A stretch of 63,764 nt of DNA, counting the filler, from Actinomycetota bacterium (GTDB taxonomy: Bacteria; Actinomycetota; Actinomycetes; JAKEEW01), in assembly GCA_046725875.1 (NCBI GenBank). It is 4 parts of 4 records of this genome, joined end to end, with 100 filler letters (N's around TTAATTAATTAA, not from the genome) between each part and the next. Parts side by side here need not be neighbours in the genome. Positions count along the whole stretch, not along the records: positions 58,925 to 63,764 come from JBKOZJ010000023.1; 3 more parts are not named here. One strand, written 5' to 3'. Under the pieces are notes generated by a model. That model worked only from the letters and a program-made list of their open reading frames with translations. It did no database searches and was not told the DNA's origin. Of this stretch, positions 59,318-63,764 are shown in pieces. The position numbers and the translations under genes were made by a program. Within the stretch, counting starts at the first letter, position 1. The number at the start of each line of letters is the position of its first letter.

Positions 59318-61225
59318 GTGTCTCCTGCACCGACTCGCCCAGCCGGCTGGCCTAGTGAGCCTGATCATCCGGGCGAGCGGCCGGTCATCGGACGCACCGG
59401 CGCCCCGGGGGATTCGGACGCCAGCCGGCAGCGGATGTCGCCTCGGATGTCAAGCTCGCCGTCGATTGCCGGCAGTGCGGAATCATCCGGTATCACTATC
59501 CGTGGGGACGAGGATGGGATGCCCGCGACGCCCGCTGGGCAGCGGATCGGCTCCAGTTCGCCATCGACAACCGTCACTGCGGAATCACCGGGTAGTACAA
59601 ACCGTGGCGACGGGGATGGGATGCCTGCGGCGCCCGGTGGGCGGCGGATCGGCTCGAGCTCGCCTTCGGTGACCGGCACTGCGGAATCACCGGGTAGTAC
59701 AAACCATGGCGACGGCGATGCGATGCCCGCGGCTCCCGGTGGGCAGCGGATCGGCTCGAAGCAGCACCGAGCGGCTAGCCCAAGGCCGGCCGATCCGGCC
59801 CGTGCCTTTCGGCAGGTGACGACGCTCGCCGCCGTTTCGACAATCGTTCCCGGGCTGGCCCATATGCTGGTTGGCCGCGAGCAAATCGGCCGGCTGATCC
59901 TCCGGGTCTACATCTGCGTGCTGGCAGTGGCTGCGGTGCTGCTGGTCCTCGGGCTTTTCTCGAAGCGGATTCTGCTCGAGCTGGCGGTCCGGCCCGGCCC
60001 GCTCCAGCTGCTCGAATACGCGTCGATCATCGTTGCGATCTGTTGGTGTCTGGTGATCGTCAACGGCGCCTTCCTCGGCCGGCCGGCCCGGCTGGACCCG
60101 GCCCGGCAGCGGATGGCCGCCGTCGTCGTACTGGCGTTGTGTGTCGCGGTTGCGCTGCCGCTACTGCTTACGGCTCGCTACGCCGAGGCGCAGCGCGGAC
60201 TCATCACCAGCGTCTTCGCGGACACCGGCGGCGCCTCCGAACTTCCCGAGCGGCTGAATGTTTTGCTGCTCGGCGGTGACGCCGGCGACGGACGGATAGG
60301 CACGCGCACCGATAGCGTCAACCTCGCAAGCATCGACACAAAGACCGGCAATGCGGTCGTGTTCAGCCTGCCGCGCAATCTCCAGAACGTGCCGTTCCCG
60401 TCCGGGTCGCCGATGGAGCGGCCCTTCCCGAACGGCTTCGACTGCGGGGACGAGTGCTTGCTCAACGCCGTCTACACCTATGCGACGAGCCATCCAGAGC
60501 TCTTTCCAGGCGTACGGGACCCGGGGGCCGAGGCCGTCAAGCAGGCGGTGAGCGCGACGCTCGGCGTCCCCGTCCATTACTACGTGCTGGTGAACCTCGA
60601 AGGCTTCCAGCAAATCGTCGACGCACTCGGCGGCGTCACGATGCGCATCGACAGGCGGGTGCCGATCGGCGGCATCGCGCCCGACGGTACCCGGGTGCCG
60701 GTAACCGGCTACATCGAGCCCGGGCTGCAGGAGCTCGACGGGTACGAGGCGCTGTGGTATTCCAGGTCGCGCACCGACAGCGACGACTATGCCCGGATGG
60801 CACGGCAGCGCTGCGTCATGGGGGCGATCCTGCACGAGGCGGACCCATGGTCGGTCCTCCGCAACTACCAGAAGTTGGCGAACAGCGCCAAGCACCTCTT
60901 CAGCACGGACATCCCGCGCAATCTCCTGCCCGACCTCGTCGGGGTTGCTCTCGCGGCCAAGGATGCGAAGATCACAAACCTGCAGTTCGTGCCGCCGCTG
61001 ATCGTGACCGCCGACCCTGACTTCGGGTTGCTGAGGGGCAAGGTCGCCCAGGCGATCCGGGACTCGGAGCATCCACCTACCACGTCCGGGCCGAGCTCCG
61101 AACAATCGAGCACGCCGAGCGTGCCGGAGGTGCGGCCCGCCGACTCGACTAGCCCAGGCGGCGGTGGCGACAGTGCCTCGGCCACGCAACCGGTTGACCT
61201 GGGTTCGGTCTGCCACTTTAGCTGA
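59318..61225 (+). CDS. LCP (LytR-CpsA-Psr) family protein (start uncertain)
   Basis: TM block, NVLLLGGDAG, RTDS, SLPRNL, LNAVY, SRSR..DDYARMARQRCV. Confidence 0.93.
   Translation: MSPAPTRPAGWPSEPDHPGERPVIGRTGAPGDSDASRQRMSPRMSSSPSIAGSAESSGITIRGDEDGMPATPAGQRIGSSSPSTTVTAESPGSTNRGDGDGMPAAPGGRRIGSSSPSVTGTAESPGSTNHGDGDAMPAAPGGQRIGSKQHRAASPRPADPARAFRQVTTLAAVSTIVPGLAHMLVGREQIGRLILRVYICVLAVAAVLLVLGLFSKRILLELAVRPGPLQLLEYASIIVAICWCLVIVNGAFLGRPARLDPARQRMAAVVVLALCVAVALPLLLTARYAEAQRGLITSVFADTGGASELPERLNVLLLGGDAGDGRIGTRTDSVNLASIDTKTGNAVVFSLPRNLQNVPFPSGSPMERPFPNGFDCGDECLLNAVYTYATSHPELFPGVRDPGAEAVKQAVSATLGVPVHYYVLVNLEGFQQIVDALGGVTMRIDRRVPIGGIAPDGTRVPVTGYIEPGLQELDGYEALWYSRSRTDSDDYARMARQRCVMGAILHEADPWSVLRNYQKLANSAKHLFSTDIPRNLLPDLVGVALAAKDAKITNLQFVPPLIVTADPDFGLLRGKVAQAIRDSEHPPTTSGPSSEQSSTPSVPEVRPADSTSPGGGGDSASATQPVDLGSVCHFS
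59450..59755 (+). repeat. 102-bp (34-aa) tandem repeat x3 in the LCP N-terminal region
   Basis: Units start at 59450, 59552 and 59654: SSSPSxxxxAESxGxTxxGDxDxMPAxPxGxRIG. Confidence 0.92.
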
Positions 61226-61305
61226 CCCTCTCGCGGACGTCGGGTCGACGAACGCGGTCCGGAGTGCCTACGAAACCCCGACTGCTGCGGGTAAGGTGCG
61301 CGGCG

Positions 61306-62403
61306 ATGAGTGCGCGCCACGCGAGAACCTACGAGGGCGGGACGTGGGGGTCGGGCATCCCCGACGTTTCGGTGATCATGACTGTGTTGAACGAGTCGAC
61401 GCATCTGCCGGACGCGGTGGCGCGCACCCTCGGGCAGGACTACCCGGGCGAGATCGAGGTCGTCATCGCGCTCGGTCCCTCCCGAGACGGCACCGATGCA
61501 ATCGCGGCCGAGCTGGCCGCCGCCGATCCGCGCGTGCGTACAGTCCCTAATCCAAGCGGATCGACGCCGGCCGGGCTGAACGCGGCGCTCGCGGCGAGCA
61601 AGTACGAGATCGTCGCCCGGGTCGACGGCCATGCGGTCATCCCGCCCGACTACCTCAGCATCGCCGTGGAGACGCTGGAAGCGACGGGCGCCGACAACGT
61701 CGGCGGGATCATGTGGGCGGAAGGTAAGACCCCGTTTGAGCAGGCTGTCGCCAGGGCGATGACGACCAAGCTCGGTGTGGGGAACGCACGCTTCCACACC
61801 GGGGGGCATGCCGGACCGACCGACACGGTCTACCTCGGCGTGTTCCGGCGAGCTGCGCTTGAACAGGTCGGCGGCTACGACGAGGCGTTCCACCGCGCGC
61901 AAGACTGGGAGATGAACTACCGGATCCGGCGCGCCGGCGGGCTTGTTTGGTTCCAGCCCAAGATGCGGGTCTCCTACCGGCCGCGATCCACGGTCCGGAC
62001 CCTCGCACGCCAGTATTTCCACTACGGCCAATGGCGCCGCGTCGTCATGCGTCAGCACCGCAGGTCCGGCAGCCTGCGCTATCTGGCCGCTCCGCTTGCG
62101 GTGGGGGCCGGTGGAGTCGGACTCCTCGCCGGAGTTTTTGGCGTCGTAACCGGCCCGGCGTGGCTCACGCTCGGCTTCCTCGCACCTGCCGGGTATGCGC
62201 TCGGAGTCGTCGTGGGTTCCCTGCTCACCGGCCGCGGTCTAGCGGTGCGGTCGTGGCGGTGGCTGCCAGTCGTATACGCCACGATGCATGGTGCTTGGGG
62301 TCTCGGCTTCCTCACCAGCCCTCGGTCGCTTGGCCGCGGCGCGAAGAGCGCCGACGCCAGGCACCCGGGGAGGACTAGACCCGCGGACGCCCCCGAGGAG
62401 TAG
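61306..62403 (+). CDS. Glycosyltransferase family 2 (ExoA-like)
   Basis: VSVIMTVLNE, GLNAAL, RVDGH, DTVYLGVFRR, AQDWEMNYR, LARQYFHYG. Confidence 0.93.
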   Translation: MSARHARTYEGGTWGSGIPDVSVIMTVLNESTHLPDAVARTLGQDYPGEIEVVIALGPSRDGTDAIAAELAAADPRVRTVPNPSGSTPAGLNAALAASKYEIVARVDGHAVIPPDYLSIAVETLEATGADNVGGIMWAEGKTPFEQAVARAMTTKLGVGNARFHTGGHAGPTDTVYLGVFRRAALEQVGGYDEAFHRAQDWEMNYRIRRAGGLVWFQPKMRVSYRPRSTVRTLARQYFHYGQWRRVVMRQHRRSGSLRYLAAPLAVGAGGVGLLAGVFGVVTGPAWLTLGFLAPAGYALGVVVGSLLTGRGLAVRSWRWLPVVYATMHGAWGLGFLTSPRSLGRGAKSADARHPGRTRPADAPEE

Positions 62404-62585
62404 CCCGGCCGCTTGCAAGACATGTCCAGCCGGCTCCGTGGTGCGGTAGCGTTCCGCTCTGTCCGTACTCACCCGTCGCGTCGCGCTCGCGTGAGATCGG
62501 TTGGGACGAAGGGGGGCTGAGCCACGGTGGCGGCGGGATCACTGGGGAGCTGGAGCTGACAACGCTGCTGGTCGCAGTTGGCGGG

Positions 62586-63764
62586 ATGGATGGCAGCCAG
62601 CCGTCCGCCCTCTTCGAGCGCGGCAGCACGACAGTCCTCGGCGCCCTCGTCGGCCAGCTCGGACAAATCGCTCCAGACGCTCGGGTTGCGGTTCTCGCTC
62701 CCGAATGGGCGGCCGAGTCGATCCGAAGCACGTTACCGTCGACGATTTCGGTGACCGCGTGCCGCACGATCAGGATTTCCCTGGACGAGGTCGTCAGACA
62801 CGCCTACGAGGCGTTGGCCAGGGGCGACGAGGTCGCTGTCCTCGACGCCGGGATCGTCGCGCACAACGAAGCGCTGGCCGCCGTGCTTACGGGCCCGTCG
62901 GGCGGGACGTCGCTTCTGGTGGGCGAACATTCCGCCGGACCTGGCGTAAGAACCGCCGACGAAATCGTGGTCTCGGCCGGGTCGAGCGTCCACACCGTCA
63001 CCGAACCGGACCGAGACGGGCTCGGGGTGTTGCGCGTCGCTCAAGCCGACCTCGGCAGCCTTGCCGAAGCCGCGCGCGGCATCTCCAGCGTCGGCCGGGT
63101 GTCCGACACAGCAAGCGACCTTGTCGACCTCGTGACCGTCGGATTAGTGCGACTCGGGACGCGGATTCGCGCGGTGCCGGTGGAGCCCTATCTTCTGGTC
63201 CGTCCACATACCCAGCTCGAGGTGGGCGCCGCGCTGGTCGACCTCACCGACGTGGATGAGGAGCGGCTTCGCCTGGTGTCGATCGCGCGTGCCGAGGACG
63301 GTTTCTACGGGCAGTTCGTTGGGCGCCGGTTGTCGAGATTCGTAACTCGGCGAGCGGTTCGGACTGGGATCGGCGCCAACCAGGTGACATTTGCGTCCGC
63401 AGCCGTGGCCCTTCTCGCCGGAGTCGTGTTCGCGACGGGTACTCGGACCGGCCTCGTCACCGGAGCTGTGCTCCTCCAGGTGTCGTTCGTGCTCGGCTGC
63501 GCCGACGGCGAGATCGCCCGATACCTGCGCCGCGATACCCCCTTCGGCGGGTGGCTCGATGCGGTGAGCGAACGGCTCAAGGAGTACGCCGTCTACGCCG
63601 GGCTTTGCATCGGCGCGGCGCGCAGCGGCGACGAAGTGTGGACGCTGGCCGCCGCGATGCTCGCCGTACTCGCTTATCGGCAGATGGTGGACGCCGGGTT
63701 TGCGGTGCGCCAAGCCGAGTGGCGAGCAGAGGAGGCGCCCGAGCCACTCACGCTGCCTATCAAC
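62586..63764 (+). CDS. CDP-alcohol phosphotransferase-family protein with an N-terminal extension; runs off the window end and is absent from the ORF track
   Basis: Open frame: VVSAGSSVHTV..DEERLRL..EDGFY..GANQVT..LGCADGEIARY..GGWLDAVSERLKEY. Confidence 0.85.
   Translation, partial: MDGSQPSALFERGSTTVLGALVGQLGQIAPDARVAVLAPEWAAESIRSTLPSTISVTACRTIRISLDEVVRHAYEALARGDEVAVLDAGIVAHNEALAAVLTGPSGGTSLLVGEHSAGPGVRTADEIVVSAGSSVHTVTEPDRDGLGVLRVAQADLGSLAEAARGISSVGRVSDTASDLVDLVTVGLVRLGTRIRAVPVEPYLLVRPHTQLEVGAALVDLTDVDEERLRLVSIARAEDGFYGQFVGRRLSRFVTRRAVRTGIGANQVTFASAAVALLAGVVFATGTRTGLVTGAVLLQVSFVLGCADGEIARYLRRDTPFGGWLDAVSERLKEYAVYAGLCIGAARSGDEVWTLAAAMLAVLAYRQMVDAGFAVRQAEWRAEEAPEPLTLPIN

Overview
High-GC actinobacterial sequence made of four contigs joined by artificial 100-bp N44-TTAATTAATTAA-N44 linkers (31978-32077, 51128-51227, 58825-58924), so adjacency across the linkers carries no meaning. 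Contig 1 holds a surface-polysaccharide locus (priming glycosylphosphotransferase, OafA acyltransferase, Wzx flippase, cysD/cysN/cysQ). Embedded in it is a tightly coupled six-gene cassette: a PqqD/RRE protein with a fused lasso-leader-like tail, an HPrK-like kinase, two GT2s and two nucleotidyltransferases, with no lasso cyclase or protease in the window. This is the strongest candidate for an undescribed system. It is followed by a CutRS-like two-component system, duplicated Cys-repeat lipoproteins, a MacAB-like exporter, a multi-hairpin C-rich-loop ncRNA candidate and a damaged ECF sigma/anti-sigma pair. Contig 2 has a cobalamin riboswitch with BtuF, an internally deleted HNH/DUF222-type element that keeps its DNA-damage promoter, a CsnR-like ROK regulator with a DasABCD-like operon, and the core thyX-dapA-rnj-ftsK-rimO-pgsA-cinA-clgR block. 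Contig 3 is accessory, with several gene fragments. Contig 4 is a cell-envelope block (LCP with 102-bp repeats, GT2, a CDP-alcohol phosphotransferase with a degenerate motif). All family calls come from motif recognition by eye; no searches were run.
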